NCBI GenBank assembly: GCA_918797485.1
Contig: CAKKNE010000005.1
Coordinates: 4,092,001 to 4,156,000 of the forward strand
DNA length: 64,000 bases
Direction of reading: 5' to 3'
Source of the DNA: Pelagomonas calceolata
Taxonomy: Eukaryota
Shown: positions 21,254 through 32,827 of the stretch, one piece after another
How the letters are laid out: every line of letters starts with the position of its first letter
How positions within the stretch are numbered: position 1 is the stretch's first letter
Program-made: the position numbers and the translations under genes
Notes under the pieces: generated by a model
Database searches by the model: none
What the model was told of the DNA's origin: nothing
What the model saw: the letters and a program-made list of their open reading frames with translations, nothing else

Positions 21254-22798
21254 TCAATTTCCTAGGCACTTCTTGCACCGGCCCTTCCCATTCGCCGCCT
21301 TTCCCCACTGTTTTTTGGAAAAGTCCGATTGCGGCAGGGACGTGGAGCATTGGGCGCACGACCGCCGCTTGCTCGGCGGCAGCTTGCACGACCGGCAGAG
21401 CCGGTCATTTTTTTCCCATTCCCCCTCGTCGGGGAAGTGGTAAGGGTCTTTTGACCTGCCGCATCTCGAGCAAGCCCGGACGTTGCAGGTCCGACACTCG
21501 CGGCCGGTGGCGCAATCCCACTGCACCGACGAAAACTCGCTCCGCCCCTTCGACGCGCCGCACTTGCAACAGTCGCGAACGTTGCACACCCGGCAGAGCC
21601 GCTCGTCGCCCTCACGTTCCCACTCCGGTTCCTCGAAGTCGGCGCGCGCCTTCGACGCGCCACATTTGCGGCAGGCGCGAACGTTGCACGTGCGACAGAG
21701 CCGCGTGTCGCCGGCCCACTCCCACTCCTCCTGCTCAAAGTCGTCGCGCGTCTTCGGCGCGTTACATTTCGTGCACACCTGCGTGGCCTGAGCCATGCGG
21801 AGCAAGTTGGCAATCGTATCGTCGTCGTAATAATGACTAAAGTTCCCTCCCGCGCTGTGCGTCACCCCTACTTCAGGCACGACGCCGCAGCGGGTAATCA
21901 AGTACTCCACAAAGTTCTCCACCTCGCGTATCCACTTGCTCCCGGAAACGGGAAATATGTTCTCACGATGAATCCAATCCAAGTCGTACGTCGAGGTGGA
22001 AACCAGCGATGGGTTCTCCTTGAGTAGCGTCGGTGTGAAAGCGCCTCGGCCGTCCATAGCATTAGCATTACCCATGTCAATTGTAATCGCGAGCTCGGTC
22101 GGCTTGGCCCCTAGCTCGAGCAAGGCGTCCATGATCTCCATCGCCCAGGGCGACTGAACTGACACGCTGAGCTCCAGCGGCGTGATCGGTTTGTTGGGTA
22201 ACTTGCCGTGCCACTCCTCGTACTCCTGCTCAAACAATCGATGGCCGAGCTCTTCGTCACCATGACGGCTCAGGAAGACCCGACGATATCTCTTCTTCCC
22301 GGGGGGCTGGGGAAAGTCGTCTAGGGACAGAGGCGGCCAGTGCCGCTGATCCAGCGCGTCCGGGAACTTCTCGGCGACGAGGGATAATCGTTTTTCTGCG
22401 GCGCGGCTCAGACCCTGGTCCTTCATGGCCTGTACGACCAGGTCCATCACGAGCTCGCCCGGCGCATCCCTTGCGCGGTCCGAGAGAGGTTTCCCCTGCA
22501 GCAATGGCTGCAGTTGTTTGCTCGTCGTGGCCAATAATACGCAACGCGGGTAGCTCCTCACAAACGAGAGCATGTGCTGCAAGACGTCGTGATCCAGACT
22601 AGCCATGCCTGTGGTCGCGGAGGCGGCCACAGGCTTGCCCTCTTTTCCGATGTAGCAACCGCTCACCGCGGCCAGCTTTGCGACGCGATCCTGCTGGCGC
22701 AGCTGATCCTGTCTTACCTTGAGCTGATTCGCATCGATGGCGCCCTTGGCGGCTAATTCCTCCAGTCGCTTGAGAGCCTGTGATATGGCTGCATCCAT
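21254..22798 (-). CDS. F-box-like protein with five C-terminal C4 zinc-finger repeats (Stc1-like)
   Basis: SLDHDVLQHMLSFV F-box-like segment; 5 x CxxC-x8-F-x4-5-W-x5-9-CxxC. First ATG at 22798. Confidence 0.65.
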   Translation of the reverse strand: MDAAISQALKRLEELAAKGAIDANQLKVRQDQLRQQDRVAKLAAVSGCYIGKEGKPVAASATTGMASLDHDVLQHMLSFVRSYPRCVLLATTSKQLQPLLQGKPLSDRARDAPGELVMDLVVQAMKDQGLSRAAEKRLSLVAEKFPDALDQRHWPPLSLDDFPQPPGKKRYRRVFLSRHGDEELGHRLFEQEYEEWHGKLPNKPITPLELSVSVQSPWAMEIMDALLELGAKPTELAITIDMGNANAMDGRGAFTPTLLKENPSLVSTSTYDLDWIHRENIFPVSGSKWIREVENFVEYLITRCGVVPEVGVTHSAGGNFSHYYDDDTIANLLRMAQATQVCTKCNAPKTRDDFEQEEWEWAGDTRLCRTCNVRACRKCGASKARADFEEPEWEREGDERLCRVCNVRDCCKCGASKGRSEFSSVQWDCATGRECRTCNVRACSRCGRSKDPYHFPDEGEWEKNDRLCRSCKLPPSKRRSCAQCSTSLPQSDFSKKQWGKAANGKGRCKKCLGN

Positions 22799-22932
22799 TA
22801 TGGCCCCGCTTGCAGCTTCGATTGCTCGCTTGTTGGCCAATTAGTATTCGACTGCTTGCGTATCTATGAAGTGCGATTGATAATGATTCGCGAGAGCTGT
22901 GGAATCGCGCAAAAAGCCTCGCAAAAAACGCA

Positions 22933-22955
22933 GCTAGCGGCATGTAACATACTAG
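22933..22955 (+). promoter_or_regulatory. CTAG-bounded upstream motif
   Basis: gctagcggcatgtaacatactag, upstream of the F-box-like gene. Confidence 0.65.
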
Positions 22956-23023
22956 CGTTTCGTTTACGTAAGAGAATTAAAGGGAGCAGCCATCGGCAGA
23001 TATTGATGATAACAGTTACTAAA

Positions 23024-26000
23024 TTAAGATTCCTCGCCGGAAGAGGAGAGTTCCGCCGCCAGGTCGTCCGCCTCGGCGCGGAGCCGCGCAGCTTCTTCGA
23101 GCAGCGCCTCCGCATCAGGTTCATCGTCGGCAACGTCGGGTTCATCCTTCGAGAACCGCTCGCGCAACCCGCGCCCTAAGTCAACAGGGAACTCGCGGAC
23201 ATTCAGCCACACGTCCCTGGCCTTGTCCCCAAAATTCTGTTCCGCCTTGGCCTCCTTGGTGACCGCGGGCAGGTCCCGCGGCCCGTCGCGCTTCAGCAGA
23301 TACGACTCGTAGCTCTGCTTGCACCGCGCGGCCAGGTCTGCATCCAAATACTCGTCGAGCAGTAGATTGCGACACGCCGCCGCGGCGCCGCGCGTCGTGC
23401 CCTTGCGGGCCAGCCGTCGTAACGTCCTTCGACTGAGCTCGTCCTCCGTCGCGAGCAGCGCCACGAGGGCCGCCCGCGACCGGTCGCCCGCTTCCCTCAC
23501 CCGAGCCGGCCCGTCGACTTCTGCGACTATACGATCGTACCTCGTAATCCCATAGGCCGCTACCGCTACCAAACCCCCGACTATTAAGGCGTCTTCGGCT
23601 AACGCGGTGGTCAAATCATCGAGCGTTTCCGGTGGAGTATCATTTATGAGGAACAATCTACCAGCCACGACGACGCCCGCTAGAGCAATGGCCTTGGCGC
23701 CCACAGCGACAAATGCGCCCATCTTGATTAGACCAGCGCCCAAGGCTGTTTTCGCTCCTAAAGCGCCGCTAAAACCCGCTAGTACGTTTCTCGCAGCAGC
23801 ACCGACGACGACGCCCCCGGCGCCGGCCTCGACGTACGACTGCACCGCCGTCGAATTCAATCCCTTGTCGAGCGTGTCCACGACGTCCCGCAACCCTCGA
23901 GAAATAGGATCCGGCAGCTGCGCGAGGAGCAGGCGGTCCCACAAGCCGACCACGAGTAACCGCGACAACGACTCATACGCGTCCGGCGGTAAGGCAGCCA
24001 GAGTCTCCAGGGTCAAATCCAAAATGACCTCGGGCCGCAGTTCCTTGAAGGCCGCCGTGATGAGCTCCTCGAGCGTCGACGCGTCCTCCTCTACCGTAGA
24101 AGTCTTCTTCCGCAGAAACAGATTCTTGAGATTCGACGCGAGCTCCTCGCGTCTCACTTGATTGTTGATGGGCACCTCTTCGACGACGGGCGTCTTGGCC
24201 GCGAGCATTGATTTCAAAGAGCCGTACTTCGCGGCTTTCGCGCTGGCCGCGTCGAGGGCACGCAAGACCCCTCCCCTTATGTTCTCCGAGGGCGTGGACA
24301 GTAATATATCGCGCACTTTTTGTGTGAGGGCTTCGGGCGGCGCGCCGTACAGCAAGGTTTTAGCCGTCGTTCTTAACAAAGCTTGGTCATAGGTATCGAC
24401 GGCCACACCCAAAGTCTGTAGTGTGACGACGCCGCCCGTCGCTAGACCTTGCGTGAGTTTTAGTCTGGATGCTGTTGCCGCATCCAATAAACGAGACACG
24501 AGCGAGCGTAAAACGCCCTCCGGGGCCGCATCTACTAAACCGGCAGCCGCGTCCACAAGTTCTTTCGACGGTAAAGTTTCTAACAGAGTGACGGCCTCCT
24601 GCCGGACAAAGTCCGCCGGCAGACGAGCGACAACCGCCCTTAGCTGCGACGCGACTAGCGCCGGCGGCAGCGTGTCGACAGCATCCGCGACGGCCGCCTC
24701 CGCCACCCGCTGCCCCGCGTCGAGCCGCGCGACGGACGGCCCCGTCTCCGCTGCGGCTCGCGCCGCCGCCGCGGCCTCGGCACTCAATGAAGGTCTTCGT
24801 CTAGGTTCCCGTTTGGAGAAGGACGGAAATTCGACACCAGCTAAAGGTCCGGCGTCGCGCGGCTGCGCTAAAGCCTTGACGGCGCCCCTCAGGACCCGTT
24901 CTTCCACGTCTTGCTGCCTAGCGACGGACGCCACTAAACGCGCATTCAGTGCGCCGCCTGTTCCGCGCGGCGATCCAGAAACTCGTGGCGCTCCACTCAG
25001 AAAGCCTAGGGCAGCATCGGCATATCTGCGAGCGCCGCCGAAGTCCCCCAGTGACGCCAATAACTCCAGGTCATCGGCGAAGGACGGCGCCAGCATCTTC
25101 AGCAACTGATTTTTCACACGAGTGGGTAGACGTTTCGCCAACGTGCGCTCCGCGACAACCGCATCAGATCTTGGATCAGATAAAGCCACCTCGAGCACTC
25201 GCTCCAAAGTAGCATCCCCCGGCTCCCACGATAAAGCCAAATCGTTCAGCAGCGCCCGCGCGTCGCCATCAGATAAACCCTCGATATTTCGGATGAGAGC
25301 CTCGGACCGATCCGAAGCGGGTAGAGCCAAGGCCAGTCGCGGCGCGACCCAGGCCGCGCAGGCTGGGGACAGCTCCACGACCTCCTGCGCCACGAACTCT
25401 TCCTTCACTCTCGGGGGCTGGTCAAAAACCGCTGCAAGGCAGTCGGGCGCGATCATTTCCAGTCGCCGCGTCCCGACTCGCTTCAAGGCGTTCGTGACGA
25501 CCTCTTTGAGTTCGGACGCGTCGCTTTCCCGCAGCCACCGGTTGACAAAGGCCTTCGCGGCCCTCTTGGGCAGTAAGGCTCGGCCTACCGCTCTTGTAGT
25601 CCCATTCACGGCGTTCTTTATGGAGTCCGGCGACGCGAATGTGAGTAAATCAGGGCCCAGGTTGCAGCAGATGTTCTTGTGGTACTGCGGCGCGAGATTG
25701 GCGCCGATCGCCAGCAGAAAAGCCTTGAACTCGTCCGGCGGGAGACTCGCGCAGAGGTTCTCCAGTATGAGTTTTATTTCAGCGCCGGGCAGCACCCCAA
25801 GGGCCATGACCGACGACGCTATGACCGACAAGCTGCGGCCCTCACTCTTACCGTTGACGGGCTGCGGCTCGCCGTTGCGCTGCTCGCCGTTGTTCCGCCG
25901 CCGCACGCCGTTGCGCCGCCGTCGTTTGGTGGGAGGCGGCTGCTCCGTGCGCCGCTCCGTCTCGACGTTGACTTGTATTCGTCGTCTTGCGGCGGCGGGC

Positions 26001-26095
26001 ATGCGGCAACGCGGCGGTGCGGGCGCGAAGCCCGCTAAGAGCCAGGGCGCTGCAGCTAGAGCGAGCATGGCCACTGCGCCGGGCCGCCGCGCCAT
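23024..26095 (-). CDS. Large alpha-helical protein with C-terminal TM segments, probably plastid-targeted; function unknown
   Basis: ~1020-aa uninterrupted ORF with signal-like MLALAAAPWLLAGFAP, Leu/Ala-rich helical repeats and hydrophobic segments near the C-terminus. Confidence 0.7.
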   Translation of the reverse strand: MARRPGAVAMLALAAAPWLLAGFAPAPPRCRMPAAARRRIQVNVETERRTEQPPPTKRRRRNGVRRRNNGEQRNGEPQPVNGKSEGRSLSVIASSVMALGVLPGAEIKLILENLCASLPPDEFKAFLLAIGANLAPQYHKNICCNLGPDLLTFASPDSIKNAVNGTTRAVGRALLPKRAAKAFVNRWLRESDASELKEVVTNALKRVGTRRLEMIAPDCLAAVFDQPPRVKEEFVAQEVVELSPACAAWVAPRLALALPASDRSEALIRNIEGLSDGDARALLNDLALSWEPGDATLERVLEVALSDPRSDAVVAERTLAKRLPTRVKNQLLKMLAPSFADDLELLASLGDFGGARRYADAALGFLSGAPRVSGSPRGTGGALNARLVASVARQQDVEERVLRGAVKALAQPRDAGPLAGVEFPSFSKREPRRRPSLSAEAAAAARAAAETGPSVARLDAGQRVAEAAVADAVDTLPPALVASQLRAVVARLPADFVRQEAVTLLETLPSKELVDAAAGLVDAAPEGVLRSLVSRLLDAATASRLKLTQGLATGGVVTLQTLGVAVDTYDQALLRTTAKTLLYGAPPEALTQKVRDILLSTPSENIRGGVLRALDAASAKAAKYGSLKSMLAAKTPVVEEVPINNQVRREELASNLKNLFLRKKTSTVEEDASTLEELITAAFKELRPEVILDLTLETLAALPPDAYESLSRLLVVGLWDRLLLAQLPDPISRGLRDVVDTLDKGLNSTAVQSYVEAGAGGVVVGAAARNVLAGFSGALGAKTALGAGLIKMGAFVAVGAKAIALAGVVVAGRLFLINDTPPETLDDLTTALAEDALIVGGLVAVAAYGITRYDRIVAEVDGPARVREAGDRSRAALVALLATEDELSRRTLRRLARKGTTRGAAAACRNLLLDEYLDADLAARCKQSYESYLLKRDGPRDLPAVTKEAKAEQNFGDKARDVWLNVREFPVDLGRGLRERFSKDEPDVADDEPDAEALLEEAARLRAEADDLAAELSSSGEES

Positions 26096-26292
26096 GTTGT
26101 ACGCCACCGCTCGCACAGGACTTTTACCGGAGAGCTCGAGCGAGTTTCAACTCTCTCCGTGCCGGTCGCAGCGTCTCTCGAGCTGGCTGCTTAGGAAGTT
26201 AGTGTCAGCATTTTTAGGAGTTCCTCCCAGCGATTCGGGTCGAATTGACCCCTGGTTTACCGTCGCTTGACTCTGTTGCTGTCTTGACAATT

Positions 26293-26315
26293 CTAGTGGC
26301 CTTATGCGCGCTAGC
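26293..26315 (-). promoter_or_regulatory. CTAG-bounded upstream motif
   Basis: gctagcgcgcataaggccactag (minus), upstream of the 26095 gene. Confidence 0.55.
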
Positions 26316-26384
26316 ATTTTCTCACTGAAGCGCGCGAGGAGGCGGTCAGACCGAGAGACTACTCGAAGGCCACATGAAAACACC

Positions 26385-27804
26385 CTACACAACCCCATCG
26401 CCATCATCATCGACCGAGGAAGGCCGCCCGCGGCACAGCGCCCGCCACGCGGAGAGATCAAAGACGCGCGCCCCGGGCTCCAAGACGGAGTCGTCGCCGT
26501 CGTAGGAACAGGACGTCATCGCGAGCTGCATCACCAGTGGCGGCGAGACCAGCGCCATGCCGAGCGCTGGTCTCGAATCACCAGCGTAGTAGACGACCGC
26601 GAGCGCCGACGCCGCGTACACCACCAGGCCGGCGACCAGGAACGCGAACTCGTGGCATCCTGCGCGGGAATCGGGCGGTAGGCGCCGCGTCGCGTCGATG
26701 GCGTAGGAGCGCAGGTCGAAGGCCTCGCAGACGCCGGACCGAACGGAGCCGCACGTTGCGCACGAGCACCAACGCCGCCGCGGCGCCGCCCACGGCGCCG
26801 CCGAAGTGCGCCGCGTAGCCGAGGTTCGGCTGGCGGTACCAGTAGCGGCCGGCGATCTCCGCCGCTATTACGAAGACGCAAGCCAGGAGCCGGAAGTAGC
26901 GAAGAGGCATCTCGTGCCAGTTCATGAACATGGTCGAAACGTGCGCGGCCATCACGCCGTAGACGCCTCCCGAGGCGCCGCGCACGAAGGCGTGCGGCTT
27001 CCATAATGAGTGGTACGCCGCTCCACAAGGCACCGCGCACGCAAAAATGCACAATACGCAGAGCGGCCCCTCGACGGCCTCCAGGACGCCGCCCACCAAT
27101 AGCATGGAAACCACGTTCGAGTAGAGGTGCTCGCGCGAGGAATGCGCGTACGCGTGGGCGAAGACCGTCTTGAACGGCGTGTCGGGCCCGAGGCAGTACG
27201 CGTCCTCGTCGTATGGGGGGTAGCCGCGTTCTTGCTGCACGAGGCACCAGGATGCCACGAGCGCCACGCTCATGAACGGCGGCCGGTCGTAGAAGGCCAA
27301 GTAGCCTCTCTTCCGCAGCATCGTGAGCCGGTCGAGCTGTTCCTCGTCCTCGTCTTCCACGTAGACGTCTATGTCTACGGTTCTGTCCTGCTCGTCCGGC
27401 ACGAGCAGCACGGACCGGGGCGAGACGCGCTGCTGGAGCGGCTTGTGGCGCGGCGGCACCGCGTCGTCGTCCGGCGGGAGCGGGCTCAGTGGCGGCGGCG
27501 GCGCGGGCTCGGCGTCGTCCGGCGCCGCCGCGACGACGACGACGGCGGGCTCCTCGGGCGGCGGCGCCGCGTTCGCCGCGGGTCGTTCTGGTGCGGTCGG
27601 CGCCGCATCCGCGTCCGGTGGTGGCTCCGCATGGGCAGTCGCGTCGGCCTCATCGACGACGGCGCGCGGCCGCACGAAGACCGGGCCGCTCGGCGAAGGC
27701 GGCCCCATCTCGACAGTACCAGGCGGGATCATGAGGTCGCTCCTCCGCAGCGGCCGCTCGCGCCGCAGCGCCGCCGATATGGACCGCGCGGGCTGGTGAG
27801 CCAT
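26385..27804 (-). CDS. Rhomboid intramembrane serine protease; join(27804..26745,26659..26385)
   Basis: H..EHLYSN, catalytic GASGG and AHFGG. The 85-bp GT-AG intron 26660..26744 links in frame to further TM helices (ORF 26385..26624). Confidence 0.85.
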
Positions 27805-27881
27805 CGGTGGGTTATGCGGCAGCCTCACCTGTGTCTATGGAGCTTCGCAACAAAGCCGGGTCACAAAATGAACCGGCAAAA

Positions 27882-27903
27882 GCTAGCTGCTGTAAGACAC
27901 TAG
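27882..27903 (+). promoter_or_regulatory. CTAG-bounded upstream motif
   Basis: gctagctgctgtaagacactag, upstream of the rhomboid. Confidence 0.7.
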
Positions 27904-27968
27904 CCGACTAGCCACAGCCACTGGTTGCCGCTAAAATACCGACTGCAGTTAGGCAGGCACGCGGCACC

Positions 27969-28709
27969 CTAGAAGTAGTCCGTCTCCTTGGACCAGGCGT
28001 CGCTCTTGCCCTCGGCCTTGGCGCCGCCCGCGCCGCCGCCGGACGTCTTGGCCTCGGCCTTCGCACCACCAGAAGCGTTCTTGGCGCCCTTGGCCTCGCC
28101 CTTCGACGAACTACCGTACTTCGCCTCGTAGGACTTGCACTGCGCGGAGGCATCTTCCCGGACGTACTTGTAGAACGCCTTGTTGTGCATGATCAGCTTG
28201 TCGCCGACGAAGTAGAATGAATCGGAAGACGTCTCGTAGGGGTGGTCGATCATGTCCTTGACGAGGTCCGGGTCCATGGGCGGTAAGGCATATACCGCCT
28301 CCCACGTGTTCGTCGAACCAGGGATACAGAACCCGAACGAAAAGTCGTAGGACTTGATCAGGCGATCCCGGAAGTAGTGGCGCTCGATCATGCGGAAGTC
28401 CTTGAGAGGTTCTTGCCCGACAGAGAAAACTAATGTGGTGCTAATCTGCGGCAGCATGAGAAAGTCCTCACTCAACTCATAGTTGATCTTCCTCAGACTA
28501 TCAGGATCCAAGGCGTCGTGCGTCGAAAAATCTATCGGTAACGGTCGATCCCTACTCACCTCGAAGATGGTCTTTTTCGACCTGTAGTCTTGGATGACAA
28601 AAGACAAAAACTCAATCCCGTACTCGTTCGCCGTCAGGGGGCAGAGGAACTTCTTCGTGGGCGCCTTGAGGTCGAGGACGTCCTCGGGGATGACCCGTGC
28701 GGACGGCAT
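27969..28709 (-). CDS. UNC119: UNC119 lipid-binding chaperone
   Basis: FLCPLTANEYGIEF, FRMIERHYFRDRLIKSYDFSFGFCIPGSTNTWE, SDSFYFVGDKLIMHNKA. Confidence 0.95.
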   Translation of the reverse strand: MPSARVIPEDVLDLKAPTKKFLCPLTANEYGIEFLSFVIQDYRSKKTIFEVSRDRPLPIDFSTHDALDPDSLRKINYELSEDFLMLPQISTTLVFSVGQEPLKDFRMIERHYFRDRLIKSYDFSFGFCIPGSTNTWEAVYALPPMDPDLVKDMIDHPYETSSDSFYFVGDKLIMHNKAFYKYVREDASAQCKSYEAKYGSSSKGEAKGAKNASGGAKAEAKTSGGGAGGAKAEGKSDAWSKETDYF

Positions 28710-29145
28710 GGCGGCTCCGCGGCGCACCGAGCGGCAGCGAGAGGCTGAATCGGCGGTGGGCTGCCTCTACTCAGCCGCGGCGGCGGCGCAGCAATGGAAC
28801 GTCTTGGCAATGGTCAGTGGGCAGCGCGCGCGCTCCAGCGGAACCCGCGCGGCACGGACAGGGCAGGCCCAAAACAAATTTGCGAGCTCTACTGTGTTTC
28901 GGGTTTCAAACGCGGAGCGGCGCATCCCGTATTTCACATGCGAGCGCACGTGTGGATGCCTAACCGCAACGCCCGGAGGGCTGGGGTTGGTCTTTTTTTT
29001 CGTTGCGAGTTTTTGTGCCGCGCGGCGGGCGTGCAGCACTCGAATCCATCGTCGTGAAAGCGCCAATTCAACGGGGCCATATGTCCGCGAGAGTGCCCGC
29101 GTCCGTCCAACGGGTGTCGTCCGTTCTACGCGAAGATAGACTAGT

Positions 29146-32100
29146 TTACACCCTCGGGCCGGCGACCAGCCCGATCGGCTCGTCGTCTGAGTCGTCCGAG
29201 CCCTCCGGCGGCGCCGCCGCCGCCTCTTCTCTAGCCGCTCGCGCCGCCGCCGTGGCCATCTCGGCGAGCGACGGCTTTCTTGATTCGGCCGGCGGCGCCG
29301 AGGCCGACGACGGCTCGGCCGCGGACGGCTGCACGGCGGGCTTGGACGGCTCGACGGCGGGCTCGGCGGCGGGCTTGGGCTCCTTCCGCCCCCGTTTCTT
29401 GGGCGGCAGCGCGGGCGCCTCCTCGGCGGGCGCCTCCTCGGCAGGCGGCAGCGCGGCCTCGGCGGCCGCGGGCTCCGCGACGGGCACAGGCTCGACCGCC
29501 ATGGCCACGACGTCCTCCTCGGGCGCCAGGACTTCCAAGTCGTCGGACGGCCACGCCTCGTCCACCGCCTCGTCCTCGCCGTCGTAGCGCACTAATAGCA
29601 ACATGCTGCGCCCGCGCCGGCACGTGATGCCCACCACACTACCATGGAACCACTTCTCGGCCCCCTCGTGCTTGTAGCGCCCGCGCACCCTAGCGCCCTT
29701 CTTGGGCGGCGCCGGCGGCAGCCGCAACGCTTCTAGAATTTCCACACCATCGTTTGACAGTAGGGGAAAGTCCTCCACCTCGACCGCCTCCTCCTCGACC
29801 TCGTCATCCTCCTCCACAAAAGGCGACGCCCAATCAAAAGCACCAGGAACAAAAACCGACCGCAGCTCCTCCCTCTTTACTCGTTCGCGGCCGTCGCCAT
29901 CGTCGAAGACCACATCGTACACGTCGCAGGCCGCGTCCATGGGGTTCGACGGCGTCGCGCAGCCCGGATACCACTCGAGAGCCTCGTCGTCACTCCAGGC
30001 GTCGTCGTGCCAGCCGCACAGCACTCGCGAGTTCTCGGCGAGTTTGCGCCGTGTCATCGTGGTCGTTTGGGACGCCTCTTCCACCGCATTCTTCGCGCGG
30101 CGCGCGGCTCGTAAAGCGGGCTCCGCGTGGTCCTCAATAAATTCGAGTAGGGCGGCCTCGAGCTCCTTGTTTACAGTACCGTATTTTTGGGCGTGCGCCC
30201 GCGTCTCTGTCACCAGACCTTCTAATTGCTTGGCTTGCTTGTCCTTCTCCGCCACGAGACTGCTCAGCTCGGCGGCGTAGCGCGCGACGACGGCCGCGCG
30301 CCGCGCTTCAATATCATCCGTCGAGGAGGACAACGTTGGCGACGGCGACGGCGACGGCGGCTCGACCTTGGCCTTGGCGGCGGGCGTGGCCGCCTCGGCC
30401 GCCGGCGCCGGCGCTGCCACGGCTTCAGCCATCGCGGGCGTGGCCGTCGCGGCCGCGGTCGGAGCGGCCGCCGGCGCCGGCGCTGCGTCCGCCATGGTCG
30501 CGTCCGCCGTCGTCGAGTCCGCCGCAGCAGCGGTCGACACAGGCCGCGGCAGCGCGCTCTCGCGGACCACGACGCGGTGCAAGGAAGCAATCAAAACCGG
30601 CACGAAGCCCTTGGCCGCAAGCAGCGCTTCGGACGCCGTATAATCACCAGGAGGATCTCTCTCGTAGTAGATGGCCACGACCTCATCAATTATGTGAGGG
30701 TAGTCCTCTAACAGTGAAATGAGGCCGCCCTCGCAGTCGGCGACTAACACTGTGGGAGCACCACCTAACAAATCCTCGACTTCGGACAGCGGCGCGCCCC
30801 TGACATCGACCTTACGCGACGCCGACGCATCAATAGTGCCCCACATCCAGGCTCGCGGGTGGTTCGGGTTGATGTCGCCCAGCCCAAATGCTACTTTGTC
30901 CTTGGAGGACACAACTCCTCTGATCACATCGAAGCGCGAACCGTGCCGCAGGCGATTCCTCAGTAACGGACCGTCTGACAACAACGCATTGGGCTCGACG
31001 ACGACGTGCGGCGCGTCAGAATCGACCATCTGCAGGTTCTGCTGGATCATCGTGCTCACCGCACCGATGCCGCCGCCCAATTCCAACACTCTAATGGATG
31101 GCTTCGTCTCATCCACTTCCACGCTCACCCCCTTCGCATCCACTTTTCCAGGAACCCGGCAGGTTCGAGGAATGATCTCGTTAAACAGCCAGCAGACGAC
31201 GAACTGCTCGAAGGCCTCGTGGTTTTCGTTCGTGACGTCGTTGCCATCAATGTTCTCGAGCAAGAACGAGGGCATGATGCCTCTACCTCTCGGGAATTTC
31301 CTCGTCCCGTCAAAGTCCGGGTGGAGCTGATGCAAGGCCGTGTTGAGTTTGAGGTGCGAGTCCGGCCGCGCCGAGGCCGGGCGGTTCTTCGGACCGATCA
31401 TCCGTCGGGTCTGGGACACGACGCGCGCGCGCTTCGCCGGTCGACTCGACGACGACGCCCTTGACCTGCGAGTCGCGTCGACGTTTCGATCTCTCGCGGG
31501 CGAGCGGTCTCCGGCGGTGCGCCGCGTCGACGGCGTCCAGCCATGGATACGGGCCAGCTTCACGCCATCGACGCGCCGCTCGAAAAAGGACGCCGTTTCA
31601 CGCACTTGACCGGTGCGCCTTCCATCGATATTTCCTTTCCAGATACCTTCTCCAGCGCCTCGACGTGCGCGTTGCCCCTCCGGCAAGACGCAAAGTGGCC
31701 ACAATGCGACTTGATCGAGTGCTGGGCGGCGTGCCAATTCCGGTGGACGTCGCCTCCTAAATCCCAGGTCGTCTCTTCGCATAACGCGCATCTTATAATA
31801 GAGCCCTCGACTACTAATTGGCGCTTCTCACTGCCATCGCTAGCAGTGAACCGATTGCCAATAACACCTTGACGAGAAGGCAGCTTGACCAAACCATCGA
31901 CCCTCAACCTTAACCAATCATCTGGCGCCATTTCTTTACTACACGCGAGGACCTCATCCGCACTTAACTCAATGCTCTCGACCTGCGTGCTCCGCACCTC
32001 AATCACGTCGCCCGTCGTCGTCTTCAAGTCGATCCAGGTGTGCGCGTTGCCCTTCGTGTAGACTTTGGACGCGACGCCGCGGACGTCGCCGTGCTTCAGG

Positions 32101-32411
32101 TGCGCGCCGACCTTCGGGGCCGCGGTAGGCGGGGCGCGCCGCTGCGGCGTCGGCCTTGGTCTAGGTCTTGGCACGGCTTTCGGCGTGCCCGCCGCGTCGC
32201 GCTTCCTAGGAGGAGGCTCCTCTGGTCCTGTCAAAGCAGCTAACAGGCGGTCCATGGACGTCGTGCCCGTCCTCAATAAAGCTTCCTTGCACGCTTGTTT
32301 GCCAAAGCCCATGGCTACCAAATCTTTCAAAGCGCGCTGCTGCGCCGCGCCGAGCTTGACGGAAGTGTCGAGCGGCGCCGTGCGCGCGGTGTTCGTGGGG
32401 ATGGAGGCCAT
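29146..32411 (-). CDS. UBA + FkbM-like SAM methyltransferase + two Tudor-like domains; join(32411..31606,31465..29146)
   Basis: LVAMGFGKQACKEAL (UBA); VLELGGGIG, VVEPN and LVADCEGG (FkbM-like); WYPG..YDVVFDDGD and WFHGSVV..VRYDG (Tudor-like). Intron gtgcgt..cgcag 31466..31605 joins the two ORFs in frame. Confidence 0.7.
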
Positions 32412-32827
32412 TTTTGCAGCGGTTTCTTGCTGGCGCTTGCAGTGGTTTCTTGCTGGCGCTCCTCCGAGAGCCCTGCGTTGCGCGTGCAACTACTCTGCGC
32501 GAGTGTTTCTGTCTGAGAGCTTGTGGCTCTGGAGAGCTTGGTGCTGCTCTCGGTGCAACGGGGCCGCTGGAAGTTGCTGCGCGGTACGGCACAGCAACGA
32601 TACGTCGCCGACGATTGTTTTACGTCCCCGAGCGTTCGATATCCGCCCGCGCGCCTGCAAAAAGTGCTCGTCGCAGCGTATTTCCGTTCGGGTTATGAAA
32701 TCTACGCGGATTTGTATTCGTCGTTCGGCACGTATCCGTCGTCCCGGGACGTCTGGCTGTCCTGCGAGGGGCAGCTGCGGGACACAGACGCCGCGCCGCG
32801 CGGACGCGGGCTCACACAAAACAGGTC

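Noticed and set aside
31456..31610. gtcaag-gcg similarity at both ends of the intron taken as a TSD with donor at 31610
   Set aside because: That donor leads to an early stop. Only the gtgcgt donor at 31605 keeps the long frame, so TSD status is unsupported.
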